NCBI GenBank assembly: GCA_038534295.1
Contig: JBCAXA010000003.1
Location: 263,926-327,925, forward strand
Source: Pseudomonadota bacterium
GTDB taxonomy: Bacteria > Pseudomonadota > Gammaproteobacteria > Steroidobacterales > Woeseiaceae
DNA length: 64,000 nucleotides
Direction: 5' to 3'
Part shown: piece after piece, positions 48,131 to 57,831 of the stretch
Layout: the number at the start of each line of letters is the position of its first letter
Numbering within the stretch: the stretch's first letter is position 1
Made by a program: the position numbers and the translations under genes
The notes under the pieces: generated by a model
What the model was told of the DNA's origin: nothing
Seen by the model: only the letters and a program-made list of their open reading frames with translations
Database searches by the model: none

Positions 48131-48483
48131 CGTAGCCTACCCCAGCCGGCGATCAGCACATCGATTGCAATGCATTAGCCAGCATGCGACTCGACATGCG
48201 TGGTGCTGAGTTTTTGTTTCACTGTCTATTCCGATCGCATACGGGCAATAGCAATGAATCATAGAACAATGACGTTGCCGTGCGTCGTCGCCACGTTGCG
48301 AGTGTTTGTGCGATGCGCGCCAAAGCTCAGGACGAGTGGCCGCTCGTCGGCGGCTAGCACTGGGAAGTCACCGGCATCGACATCAAAGATGGCTGCCGTT
48401 AGAAGAACGCAAACTGGCTAGCGACGGTGTGGCGCGAGTAGCCAGGCACCCGAGTGTCTGGCTGTCTTCGGTAGACCATTGGG

Positions 48484-49185
48484 TCAGCGTTTGCGCGACG
48501 ACAGCGCAAGGCAAAGTACGTCGAACAGCGTTTTCACGAGCAGAACAACCACAGCAAATACTAACGTGTTTACCTCGTCGTCGTAGAGCGCCGTTACGAC
48601 AACGGCCGCGAAGATGGCACCGACAATCCAAAGGCCACGTACGTAGGGATACAGCAACAATGAGATGACGCCGATGTCGCGGTAGCCGCGACCGAACAAG
48701 TAGCGCGTCACAAAAGCGATCGCGTGACTCGCCAAGAGGACCCAGAAGCTAATCGTTACCCAGGGCCCAAGATCGTTCGGCGCGAAGTCGCGCCAGCCTG
48801 CCTCACCGGCAAGCGTAATCAGAATCAAGAACAAACCGAGCAAGACGGCGCCGAACTTGGTGATGAAAAATCCGCCGGCCATTACCGACAGCACCAAGGT
48901 GCCGCCGCGGCTGGCTTCGCTGTAGCGACTGTCGAACGGATAGCCGATGAGTGCGGCGACGGCTAGTTGCAGCAAGGCGAAAAGGCCGATGATCGCAAGT
49001 TCGATCCAGAAGACGAACAGGAGGTCATACGCCGACATGCGCTCGAAGACGATCAGCAAAAAGAACAAGGCATTGGCAATGAGAACGCCGCCCTGCGACG
49101 CCCAGCTTGGCAATACTCCAGTAGGAGCAGCGATGGTCGGTGCTGACGAATCGGGAACGGCGGCCATGGCCCGAACTCCGTACAT
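48484..49185 (-). CDS. Polytopic integral membrane protein (233 aa), unknown function.
   Basis: Six or seven hydrophobic helices in the ORF. Confidence 0.4.
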   Translation of the reverse strand: MYGVRAMAAVPDSSAPTIAAPTGVLPSWASQGGVLIANALFFLLIVFERMSAYDLLFVFWIELAIIGLFALLQLAVAALIGYPFDSRYSEASRGGTLVLSVMAGGFFITKFGAVLLGLFLILITLAGEAGWRDFAPNDLGPWVTISFWVLLASHAIAFVTRYLFGRGYRDIGVISLLLYPYVRGLWIVGAIFAAVVVTALYDDEVNTLVFAVVVLLVKTLFDVLCLALSSRKR

Positions 49186-49207
49186 TTCGGCAAAAACCTA
49201 GCACGGT

Positions 49208-49705
49208 GTGGCACTTACGTCCGGAACCAGAGCACACCTTCGGCTTGCCAGCGCAGCATCGCTCTGCGACGCTGCTACCCGCTACTGCCGTCGTCGCGAG
49301 GGTTACGCCGTGAACATACCGAGACTGATTACCGCCATTGAGAAAACGATCTTGGCACTGATCGTCGTGTTAACGGTGGGCGCGGTGGGCATCGAACTGC
49401 ACATGGTTTGGCGCAATCAGACGATTGAAATCGCCGATATTCTGCTGTTGTTTCTATACACCGAAGTGATTTCGATGGTCGGAATCTTTTATCGGAGTCA
49501 GACGATTCCGGTGCTGTACCCGATTTTCATTGCCATTACCGCGCTCGCACGACTCGTTGTCCTGCAAAGCAAAGAGATGGATCCGCAGGTCATCCTCTTC
49601 GAGTCCGGCGCAATCTTGATTCTCGGTCTGGCCGCCCTTGCACTACGGCCGACGGTAGCGCGTGGCTTTGGACAGACGGCGGAGGGCGGTGACGCCGGTC
49701 ATTGA
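49208..49705 (+). CDS. psiE: PsiE-family (phosphate-starvation-inducible) membrane protein; the true start is probably downstream of the track start.
   Basis: LLFLYTEVISMVGIFYRSQTIPVLYPIFIAITALARLVVLQSKEMDPQVILFESGAILILGL aligns by eye with the conserved PsiE core FLYFEFIALIVKYF...PLRYFVYIGITAIVRLII...P..VLIYSAAILLL. Confidence 0.55.
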   Translation: MALTSGTRAHLRLASAASLCDAATRYCRRREGYAVNIPRLITAIEKTILALIVVLTVGAVGIELHMVWRNQTIEIADILLLFLYTEVISMVGIFYRSQTIPVLYPIFIAITALARLVVLQSKEMDPQVILFESGAILILGLAALALRPTVARGFGQTAEGGDAGH

Positions 49706-49738
49706 AGTCACTCGACGCCTACTTTAGGCACCACGGAT

Positions 49739-50128
49739 TTAACGACCCAGCACGTCGTCGCGAACGGACTCGACCACCGCCAGCACTGCATCGACGGTTG
49801 CCGCGTCGACATCGAAATCATTCAGCGTCATCGCAAGGCATTCACTGACGGCGTTAAAATGACTGTCATCGAGTCCAAACTCGTCGACCAGTCGACTGTG
49901 CGCCGCACGCAGCGAGCGGCCACTGTACGGGTGCGGCCCGCCCAGCACGTAGGTCAAAAACTCACGCTGATGCGCGAGCAGACGCTCGCTGTCGAAGTCG
50001 CCAAAAAAACCGGCGACGCGCGGATCGAGAAACACGTGAAAGTAAAAGCCTTGCACGATCTGGCGAATGCCGTCGCCACCACCGAGGCGGTCGTAAAGGC
50101 TAGGTGCTTGCGGAGATTCTGCGTTCAT
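49739..50128 (-). CDS. Group I truncated hemoglobin (trHbN).
   Basis: SLYDRLGGGDGIRQIVQGFYFHVFLDPRVAGFF... and FLTYVLGGPHPYSGRSLRAAHSRL are trHb hallmarks (Gly-Gly motifs, proximal His). The start is placed at MNAESP; the track ORF extends to 50182. Confidence 0.75.
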   Translation of the reverse strand: MNAESPQAPSLYDRLGGGDGIRQIVQGFYFHVFLDPRVAGFFGDFDSERLLAHQREFLTYVLGGPHPYSGRSLRAAHSRLVDEFGLDDSHFNAVSECLAMTLNDFDVDAATVDAVLAVVESVRDDVLGR

Positions 50129-50225
50129 TGTTGTATCCGAGCACAAGCGAGTCGCAAAAAGGGCCGGCAGCTCGAACGCCATTGAGCTGCCGGCCAGTCA
50201 TGCCCTCACGGGTAGGTGGAAAGCG

Positions 50226-50642
50226 TCAATTCTTGGCGACCTTGCTGTCGCGGGAACTGCCAACCATGGCCGCGCGTTCGGCGAGAACAGCGTCGAATTT
50301 GCTTTGCTGCTCCGGCGTCAGTACGGCACGAATGGCCGCATTCTCAGCGGCACGGATGGCCGTCAGGTCCTGCTGCAGTGCTGCGACAATCAGCTCCTGG
50401 CGCGCGACCGCCTCGACGTCGTTGGCGCTACGTGCACGGCGCAATGCGCGCGACTCGCGATTGAACTCCTGACGCTTGGCGGAGAATGTCCGGCGATACT
50501 CCGCCTGGATGTCCGCAACGGCACTCGCCTGGTGCATGTCGAGATCGAGCTTGCTTTTCAGCGGCGCATCGGCGAGCGCCGAACCGGCAAGCAACATGAG
50601 TCCGGCGGCGGCAAGGGACAGCAGTTTGGTTTTCATCGTCAT
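50226..50642 (-). CDS. Periplasmic LTXXQ-motif protein (Spy/CpxP family).
   Basis: Signal peptide; LTPEQQSKFDAV (LTXXQ) and helical KR-rich repeats. Confidence 0.55.
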   Translation of the reverse strand: MTMKTKLLSLAAAGLMLLAGSALADAPLKSKLDLDMHQASAVADIQAEYRRTFSAKRQEFNRESRALRRARSANDVEAVARQELIVAALQQDLTAIRAAENAAIRAVLTPEQQSKFDAVLAERAAMVGSSRDSKVAKN

Positions 50643-50713
50643 CTTCCTGTTTGGGGTGGGTCTACCGCCTTAAGCGAAAACGAGGCCCAAAAACGACAGC
50701 GCGATGAAGATTT

Positions 50714-53605
50714 TTATTGCGTCATGCAGGTGGCGGCCGGTTGGGATGCAGCGTCGGGCAGCCGTGTCGCCGACGGAAACCGCGCTACCAAACCGGCCAG
50801 CCGTGCGGCATCGTCGCGCAAGATTCGCTGCGCCGCGCGCCGCTGCGCGTCGGCTGTCTCTGCGAAATCGGCGGCGATATCGCTCGGCAGCGCAGCGCCT
50901 CGTCTGTTGGCGAGCTGCGTCAAGGCTGCGAGCGCGTGCCAGCGATCGAGCGCGTCGAAAAATGGGTGACGGGCGCTGCGGTAGGCGCTGAACGCTCGTT
51001 CCAGCGCCGCTTGGTCCGCATCTGCATCGGCCGCCAGCACGAGTGCCAGCCACAGGCCCAGTTCTTGTGCGTCGGCGCCACCGGCGATGGGCAGCGCTTG
51101 CGTCGCTTCAGCGACAACGCTCGGCAAGCGTTCCGCCGCGCCAGCGGCGCACGCGATCCGCAGTTTTAGTTGCAGCGCTTTCGGTGCCACATCGACGCTG
51201 CTGAGCAACTCGTCTGCAAGCTCGGTATTGCCGGCCGCCAACGTGACTAGCACGGCGGTCAGTATGCTCGAGCTACTGGCGTCCTCATCGTTCGCCCGTG
51301 CCAGCGCGAGCCGCAAGGCATTGGTATGGTCACCGGCGAAACTTAAGGTACGCGCCAACGGCACCGTTGCGCGCCGGACGTACGCCAGTTCGCCGCCGTA
51401 GCTGCCAAGCGCAAGCTCGCTGGCGGAAACCGCGGCATCCAACGCTGCATCGGTGTCGCCAGCGACCAGTGCATGGGTGCCCAAGTTCACCAGCACGACA
51501 AACCGTGTGTAGAGCTCATCGTTGACACTCAGCACCGCAAGCGCCTCGTTGAGCCGTGCAATCGAGCCCGACGCATCACCGCGCCGAATGAGCAGCCCTG
51601 CGTAGCTTCGCAATACGCTGGCGCGGGTCGGATCATCCGGCGCGTTTTCGTCGAATACGGCAAGGGCTTCATTGAATGCGGCGTCAGATGCGTCGTATCG
51701 ACCCTTGCGACCAAAATGCATCGCTTGGTTCGACAGCATCACGGCCAATGCAAACGGATTTTCCGCATCGCGCATATGCCGAATCGCGTCGCGCCAATGG
51801 GCATCGGCCGCTACCTCGTCACCGGCGCGGTCTGCTCGACCGGCGAGCAACTGACTGAATCGACCCCGCAAGCGTGCGTCGCCAATACCAAATTGCTCTG
51901 CGATTTCGTCCATGCGACCGATTTCCCGATCGGCATCGTCGAAACGCCGCAGCCGCATCAGCGCGTTGATTGCCGCGTACTGTGCATACAACCAATCATC
52001 GCTTGCGTTGACTGAATTTGGGCGGTCATCGAGTTCTGCGGCGAAGAACGCAAGCGCAGCGGACGGATTTTCGCGCACCAGCGCGTTGCCAAGGCCGGCT
52101 ACTGCAACGAGCCGTTCGCGTTGGTTGTTGCCATCGAGGTCATGCGCTGCAGATAACGCTGCACGAAACGCATCTTTCTCGGCATCGCTGAGGCCGAGCG
52201 ACGAGAGAATTTCCCCCAGCCGAGAATTCACCTCCCAGGCGAGTCGCGCGTCGCCGCGCACCTCGGCCTCGATGCCCGGGATGGCATCGAGCAAGGCATC
52301 TGCCAAGGTTACGTTCTTGCCGGCCCCGCTGCCGTAAGGATCTGCCTGCTCAAAAATGCTGCCGAGTATTTCCTGCGTTTTGGCGCTGCGCGCCGCTTGG
52401 GCACTAGCCTCGCTGGCCAGGTTGAGCGACACGCCGGTCGCGATCGCGAGTCCGACGACGAACGTGGTCGTCAAGCCAACGACCAAGGCATTGCGTTGCA
52501 CGAAGCGCCATGCCACATAGGCGCGCGATGGTGGTCGCGCAGTCACCGGGTGACCGTTCAGCATTCGCTGAATATCGGCAGCGAATTCGACGACAGACCG
52601 GTAGCGCTGTGCCGGGTCTTTGGCAAGCGCCTGCAGAATGATCGCGTCGAGATCCGTGCTGACACTGTTGCTTTGTTCGCGCGGCGACGGCGCCGGCGTT
52701 TCGGCGATCAGCTTGACGGCATCGGTCAGCGAGACATCGTCCAGCCGATACGGCAAGGTGCCGGTGGTGAGCTCGTACAGCAGCATCCCGAGCTGGTAGA
52801 TATCGCTGCCGACCGTCATCGGTGCGCCGCTGACCTGTTCGGGACTCGCGTACTGCAGCGTCAACGGGCTGCCGCCCGTGCGTGTTTTCATATCGGGCAG
52901 CGCGCCGAGAATGGTTGCAACACCGAAGTCGAGCAAGCGTGCGCGGCCAGACTCGTCCACCAGAATGTTGGCGGGTTTGATATCGCGATGGATGATCAGC
53001 CGTTCATGGGCAAACTGCAGCGCCGCACAGACCGACAAAAACAGCTCGAGCTTGTCGTGCAGCGACAGTGTCTTCGCAAACGACACGATATCGGTGCCGT
53101 CGACGTATTCCATCGCAAACCATGGTCGACCGTCACCGAGCAATCCACCATCGAGCAAGCGCGCCAGCCCAGGATGTTCGAGCGACGCCAGAATTTGCCG
53201 CTCGCGCAAAAACCGTGCGGTGAATTCATCGTCAGCACGGTGCGACCAGAGAATCTTGACCGCCGCGCGCTGCACATAGTCGTCGCCGTCGCGGACGCCC
53301 AGCCAGACCTGGCCCATCCCGCCCGAGCCCAACTCGCGCTTGAGTCGCCAGCGGCCGGCGTTCGCGCTGCTTGGCGGCGTCTTGGCCGCCGCCATCGATC
53401 GCTGTGCATCGCGGGCAATGGCGTCGACATCTGTTGCGTCCGCATGGGCCAACAGGCGACGAAGTTTTTCGGCTTTGCTGGCGGCAAGCGCGTTAACGAA
53501 CTCATCCCGAGCAGGCGGCTCGAGATCGAGTGCAGCATCGAGTAACGCGTCGAGTTCGACAAAATCTTCTGCGGCCGACCGTTCGTCGTCCCGTTTGTCG
53601 TTCAC
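50714..53605 (-). CDS. Serine/threonine protein kinase with a roughly 90-aa N-terminal region, TM helix and large C-terminal TPR-like domain.
   Basis: Kinase subdomains GSGGMGQVW, VAVKIL-like AAVKILW, HRDIKPANILVD and DFGVA. A TM helix (ALVVGLTTTFVVGLAIATGV) follows the kinase domain. Its start overlaps the ECF sigma gene stop. Confidence 0.8.
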   Translation of the reverse strand: MNDKRDDERSAAEDFVELDALLDAALDLEPPARDEFVNALAASKAEKLRRLLAHADATDVDAIARDAQRSMAAAKTPPSSANAGRWRLKRELGSGGMGQVWLGVRDGDDYVQRAAVKILWSHRADDEFTARFLRERQILASLEHPGLARLLDGGLLGDGRPWFAMEYVDGTDIVSFAKTLSLHDKLELFLSVCAALQFAHERLIIHRDIKPANILVDESGRARLLDFGVATILGALPDMKTRTGGSPLTLQYASPEQVSGAPMTVGSDIYQLGMLLYELTTGTLPYRLDDVSLTDAVKLIAETPAPSPREQSNSVSTDLDAIILQALAKDPAQRYRSVVEFAADIQRMLNGHPVTARPPSRAYVAWRFVQRNALVVGLTTTFVVGLAIATGVSLNLASEASAQAARSAKTQEILGSIFEQADPYGSGAGKNVTLADALLDAIPGIEAEVRGDARLAWEVNSRLGEILSSLGLSDAEKDAFRAALSAAHDLDGNNQRERLVAVAGLGNALVRENPSAALAFFAAELDDRPNSVNASDDWLYAQYAAINALMRLRRFDDADREIGRMDEIAEQFGIGDARLRGRFSQLLAGRADRAGDEVAADAHWRDAIRHMRDAENPFALAVMLSNQAMHFGRKGRYDASDAAFNEALAVFDENAPDDPTRASVLRSYAGLLIRRGDASGSIARLNEALAVLSVNDELYTRFVVLVNLGTHALVAGDTDAALDAAVSASELALGSYGGELAYVRRATVPLARTLSFAGDHTNALRLALARANDEDASSSSILTAVLVTLAAGNTELADELLSSVDVAPKALQLKLRIACAAGAAERLPSVVAEATQALPIAGGADAQELGLWLALVLAADADADQAALERAFSAYRSARHPFFDALDRWHALAALTQLANRRGAALPSDIAADFAETADAQRRAAQRILRDDAARLAGLVARFPSATRLPDAASQPAATCMTQ

Positions 53606-54213
53606 GTGCCGTCGTCCAGCAGTTCACCGATCCACGCACGCGCGCGCTGCACTTGCCGCTGTATCGTGCGCACGTTCGTCGCCTTGAGCGCGGCGATCTC
53701 ATGCGTGCTGAGTCCGCCGAAGCAGGCTAGGTCGATCACCTCGGCCAGTTCGGCGTTGTTTTCTGTCAGCAGCTCGAGCGCTTGATCCAGTTTCAGCAGG
53801 CGCTGCGGGTCGGCGAGATCAACCAACGCGTTTGTCGATAACTCCTCGACGCCAACGCCGCCGCCGCGCTTCGCGGCCATCTGGGCACGATACGTATCGA
53901 CGACGATCTGCCGCATCGCGCGCGACGCGATGGCGAAAAAATGCCGGCGATCTTCGACGCTTTGTGTCTCACCGAGCGAGAGCTTTTCGTACGCTTCGTG
54001 CACCAGCACGGTGGTCTGCAGGTGCTGGCGCAAACCCGACCGACCGAGCTGCGCGTGCGCCAGCGACTTGAGTTCTCCGTATACGAGCGGGATGACGGCG
54101 TCGAGCGACGCGCGATCGCCGCGCGCATAGTCGCGCAGCAGGCGGGTCACATTCCGTGCTGATTTGTCGCCGGATGCTGGCATGGGTAGGACAAGGGCTT
54201 TGGCTAAATTCAT
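53602..54213 (-). CDS. ECF sigma-70 family factor, coupled to the downstream Ser/Thr kinase.
   Basis: Region 2 (YRAQMAAKRGGG...) and region 4 HTH (ELAEVIDLACFGGLSTHEIAALKATNVRTIQRQVQRARAWI). Confidence 0.65.
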   Translation of the reverse strand: MNLAKALVLPMPASGDKSARNVTRLLRDYARGDRASLDAVIPLVYGELKSLAHAQLGRSGLRQHLQTTVLVHEAYEKLSLGETQSVEDRRHFFAIASRAMRQIVVDTYRAQMAAKRGGGVGVEELSTNALVDLADPQRLLKLDQALELLTENNAELAEVIDLACFGGLSTHEIAALKATNVRTIQRQVQRARAWIGELLDDGT

Positions 54214-54833
54214 TCCGCCACATGCTCTGAGCAGCTGTCAACGAGCATCGATGCGCCAAGGAAAAATCAGCTTGGGTGTCGTTTACCTGACGTTTTTTCG
54301 CTTGGTTCCATGACAAGGCTCAAACGACGGCGACGCGCGCCAAGGAGAGAATCATGCGAATAACGACACGAATCGGCCCGGGCGGTTTCGGTGTTCTGTA
54401 TCTGCCGCAACAGTCGACGGCAGGTGTTCGCACCAAGCGAACGGCATCAAGGCTGCACAAGCGCCGTGCGCAAGGACATTGGGAAATCGATCAAGCTGGG
54501 GACTTGGTATTTATTCGCGACGGCGGCCAGCCGTGCTGCGGATAAACGGCTGCAAGTCTGCGCGACCAGGTCACAGCCACGCACCGCTGCACAAACGGGC
54601 ATTCGAACCGCTGCGAGATCCGGTAGATGCCGAACTTAATGTCGGCCAGGCTCCGTTCGGCGGTGCTAAACCGCTCGTTGGGCGATGAGTCGGACGAGGT
54701 TGCGTTAGCCCGAAACACTAACTCGGGAATGAGCCCCTTGCATCGCTGCAAGGGGCGAAAGCTCGCCGGAGGCGCGTCCTTTTTCTTCTCCGGTGCAGGT
54801 TATTTCGCAGCCGGGGTCGGTCCAGTGCGGCGA

Positions 54834-55703
54834 CTACTCGGGTCGGTCGGCCCGCGGTGCGAGTGCATCGAGCACGTGCGACCAGATTGTCGGGTTGAAC
54901 GCCATGCCGAGGTGAGCGGCGTCGACCTCAATGTGCTTGACCGACTCATTGCTGCGGTCGAGGGCAGCTTCCCAGCTGACGATCGCGTCGCTTTTGCTGT
55001 AAATCGCCGTCACTGGCTGACTGATCGGCCGCGCATCGCGTTTGCCAATTTCCGACTCGATCCAGTCGAGGTCCATACCGCGTTTCGTGAAGAACTGAGC
55101 GGCGGCTGTGTATTTTGGCCCGCCAACTATCGGCGAACCCAAAGTGACTACGCGATTGACGATCTCCGGCAAATCCCGCGCGGCTTCGCGAGTCACATAG
55201 CCACCGAGACTCCAGCCGATCAACGCGATGGGTCGCTCGAGTTCGGCGTGTCGCTCGCGAACGCGGTCGATGAAGCGGTCGCACAAATACGGTACACCCG
55301 CTTCGCCGCGATAGGGCTCGCGCTGTCTGTCGACGTCCCACGACGGCGACAGGTCTTCCAGCGTGTGCCGCAGGTTGATGCCGGCCAAGTTGCGGCCCAA
55401 ACCCCAGCCCTCGGCCGTAAAGCCACGGCTTTTCAAGTAGTGACGTAGCGGTGCAGTCGAGCGATCGTCGGCGCCGAACCCCGGCACGACAATAACGTGC
55501 AGGTCATCGCGCGCCTCGCTGCGGCTGAACTGTGCGCCGACCAGCGGACCGATCATGCGGGCGACGTCGATCGCAGCGCGGGTTTCAAGAAATATGCTGC
55601 GGCGCGAGGGCGCCGACATCGGTGTTGATTCATTCACGTTCCGTTCCTCCGGATTCGACTCAGGCCGTCGCGGCAATGCGCGCGACGATCCGATCGGGGT
55701 CAA
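54834..55703 (-). CDS. Alpha/beta hydrolase (GxSxG: IGWSLGGYV).
   Basis: Nucleophile elbow GWSLGG. The most likely start is the internal M (MSAPSRRSIF). Confidence 0.55.
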   Translation of the reverse strand: MTPIGSSRALPRRPESNPEERNVNESTPMSAPSRRSIFLETRAAIDVARMIGPLVGAQFSRSEARDDLHVIVVPGFGADDRSTAPLRHYLKSRGFTAEGWGLGRNLAGINLRHTLEDLSPSWDVDRQREPYRGEAGVPYLCDRFIDRVRERHAELERPIALIGWSLGGYVTREAARDLPEIVNRVVTLGSPIVGGPKYTAAAQFFTKRGMDLDWIESEIGKRDARPISQPVTAIYSKSDAIVSWEAALDRSNESVKHIEVDAAHLGMAFNPTIWSHVLDALAPRADRPE

Positions 55704-56139
55704 TGGTTTGCAAGTGATCGTGCATGGCGTTCATCTGTTCTTCGGTATGGCGTAGCGCCGCGTCGTCAAATGGCGCAAGCTGCTCACGAATGAAATGCGT
55801 GCCGGCGGCGCGCGCTTTTTCCAGCAGCGCCATACCGTCGGCCGTTAGCTCGCAAATAAACGATCGGCCGTCCTCTTTGTTGCTCCGGGTTCTGAGAAGC
55901 CCATTCTCTTCCAGCCGATGTAAAACACCGGTGATGTTGCCGCGGGTAACGACGAGGTCGTCGGCGATGACCTTCGGCTGTGCTGCATCGCCCAGCCGAG
56001 CAATGGCGCTCATAACGTCAAACTGCGGCACGGTGAGGCCAAACGCTTTCATCATTTGCGAATAACGCCGTCTGCACTCCTCGTAGGCATGCACGACGGC
56101 GAACCAGGAAGCCGCTTCGAGTTTTTGTCGGGACGCCAT
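55660..56139 (-). CDS. MarR-family transcriptional regulator.
   Basis: Winged HTH LTVPQFDVMSAIARLGDAAQPKVIADDLVVTRGNITGVLHRLEENGLL. Confidence 0.8.
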   Translation of the reverse strand: MASRQKLEAASWFAVVHAYEECRRRYSQMMKAFGLTVPQFDVMSAIARLGDAAQPKVIADDLVVTRGNITGVLHRLEENGLLRTRSNKEDGRSFICELTADGMALLEKARAAGTHFIREQLAPFDDAALRHTEEQMNAMHDHLQTIDPDRIVARIAATA

Positions 56140-56249
56140 GGCGACCTCTGCGAATCAATATAGTTGAAGCTTAAATCAATAAAGTTTAAGTATCAACTAA
56201 AAAATTAAGTCACTATTATTCAACGACTTAGAGGTTTATGCGGTTCGGT

Positions 56250-56720
56250 TCAGCGAGCAGCCAGGCGGATTGCGCGACGCTCGCCGGCTTCGGTGAAGCG
56301 ACGTTTTTCGGCAGTGGTCTCTGCGACGATTGCCGGGACTGGCTGCGGTGCACCGTTATCATCGAGCGCCACGAACGTCAGATACGCGGAGACGACATGG
56401 CGGCTTTCGCCGGTCATGCTGTTTTCGGCATCGACCCGCACGCCGATCTCCATCGACGTTCGCCAGGTCCGGTTAACGGCCGATTTGACGATCAGCGTGT
56501 CGCCCGATCGAGCCGGTGCAAGGAAGTTCAGACTGTCGACCGCCGCCGTAACGGCGCTGGAGCCGGCATGGCGTTCCGCGACAATCAGTGCGGTGCGGTC
56601 ACACAACCCCATCACCACGCCACCGAACACCGTGTACTCGGCGTTCAGATCGTTTGGAAAAACCTTATAGACGTTTTGTTCGATGGCCGATGCACGGACC
56701 GGCTTGCCGCCGTCGTTCAC
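56250..56720 (-). CDS. Hotdog-fold acyl-CoA thioesterase.
   Basis: YKVFPNDLNAEYTVFGGVVMGLCDRTALIVAERH resembles the 4HBT/YbgC active-site region; about 150 aa. Confidence 0.5.
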   Translation of the reverse strand: MNDGGKPVRASAIEQNVYKVFPNDLNAEYTVFGGVVMGLCDRTALIVAERHAGSSAVTAAVDSLNFLAPARSGDTLIVKSAVNRTWRTSMEIGVRVDAENSMTGESRHVVSAYLTFVALDDNGAPQPVPAIVAETTAEKRRFTEAGERRAIRLAAR

Positions 56721-57757
56721 CGTCCTGGAATGGGTGCGTCGAGCGTGATGACTTCGCCGTCACGGAGAACGCGTATGGCGACCGATCCGGTTTTCATGGC
56801 GGTCTTCCTCATTTCCATCATTTCGCGCATTTTGCCGGGCGCGAGCGAGATATTGTTGAGCGACAGGATGATGTCACCGCCAATAAAGAGTTCCTGCTGG
56901 CCAATTCGAGCCGGTATGCGGCTCGGGCGCAAACCCAGTCGCGCAGCCGGAGAGTCTGATGCCACCCGCTGCACGAGGTAGCCAGATTCCTGCGGGACGT
57001 TCAGCGCCGCCGCTAGTTCGCCAGTCAGCAGTACCCCACTCATGCCCGACCACGGGGTGCGCTGCTCGAACAGCGCTTCATACGCGGCGTTCGACGTCAC
57101 GGCAAAGCCGAGACCCTCGGAGCCGCCGGAGCGACTGCGAATGTAGCTGACGACGCCGATGACCTCGCCGCGCCGATTGAACATCGGTCCGCCGGAATTG
57201 CCCTGATTGATCGCAGCGTCGGTCTGGAAAGTCTCTGCCTGGACTTCGCCTAATACGCTGCCGTCGTTCGTGTGGCGTGCCGAAATATGGCCAACCGACA
57301 GCGTGTGCGACAGACCGTACGGAGCGCCGATCACCAGGATTTCCTCGCCGACCCGCACTTTGTCGGAATCGCCGAGTTTCGCCGGCTTAATGCCGGACGG
57401 CATCGATGCGAGCTTCAATAGCGCGACATCTTTGACCGGATTGGATGCGATGATCTTGGCGTCGATCTGCGTGCCGTCGACCAGCTCTGCGCGGACTTTG
57501 TCGGCTGTTTGCACGACGTGAGCTGCAGTAATGATGTAGCCCTCGTCGTTGATGAGAAATCCGGACCCGAGACCCTGCGCGGAGGTTTCGCCACTGCGCA
57601 GCTGCGGCGCCGCGACCCTCTCGACGGTGTAAAGCACGACCACCGACGGATCGACTTTTGCAAACAGGTCGCGGTAGTCATCGGCGAAGCTGGTTCGCGA
57701 CGCAACAACAACGACCAATAGGGGCAGCAACTTGAGCACGGGCAGTACCGAACGCAT
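56717..57757 (-). CDS. HtrA/DegS-like periplasmic serine endoprotease with one PDZ domain.
   Basis: Catalytic motifs TAAHVV (His), D, GNSGGPMFN (Ser); a C-terminal PDZ-like region; signal peptide. Confidence 0.8.
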   Translation of the reverse strand: MRSVLPVLKLLPLLVVVVASRTSFADDYRDLFAKVDPSVVVLYTVERVAAPQLRSGETSAQGLGSGFLINDEGYIITAAHVVQTADKVRAELVDGTQIDAKIIASNPVKDVALLKLASMPSGIKPAKLGDSDKVRVGEEILVIGAPYGLSHTLSVGHISARHTNDGSVLGEVQAETFQTDAAINQGNSGGPMFNRRGEVIGVVSYIRSRSGGSEGLGFAVTSNAAYEALFEQRTPWSGMSGVLLTGELAAALNVPQESGYLVQRVASDSPAARLGLRPSRIPARIGQQELFIGGDIILSLNNISLAPGKMREMMEMRKTAMKTGSVAIRVLRDGEVITLDAPIPGR

Positions 57758-57831
57758 TTTCTTGGTTCTCCGACGAAGACTTGTGAACTAGCAAACAGCG
57801 GTATACAGCGACCGGCGGCCAGGCGCTAGCG

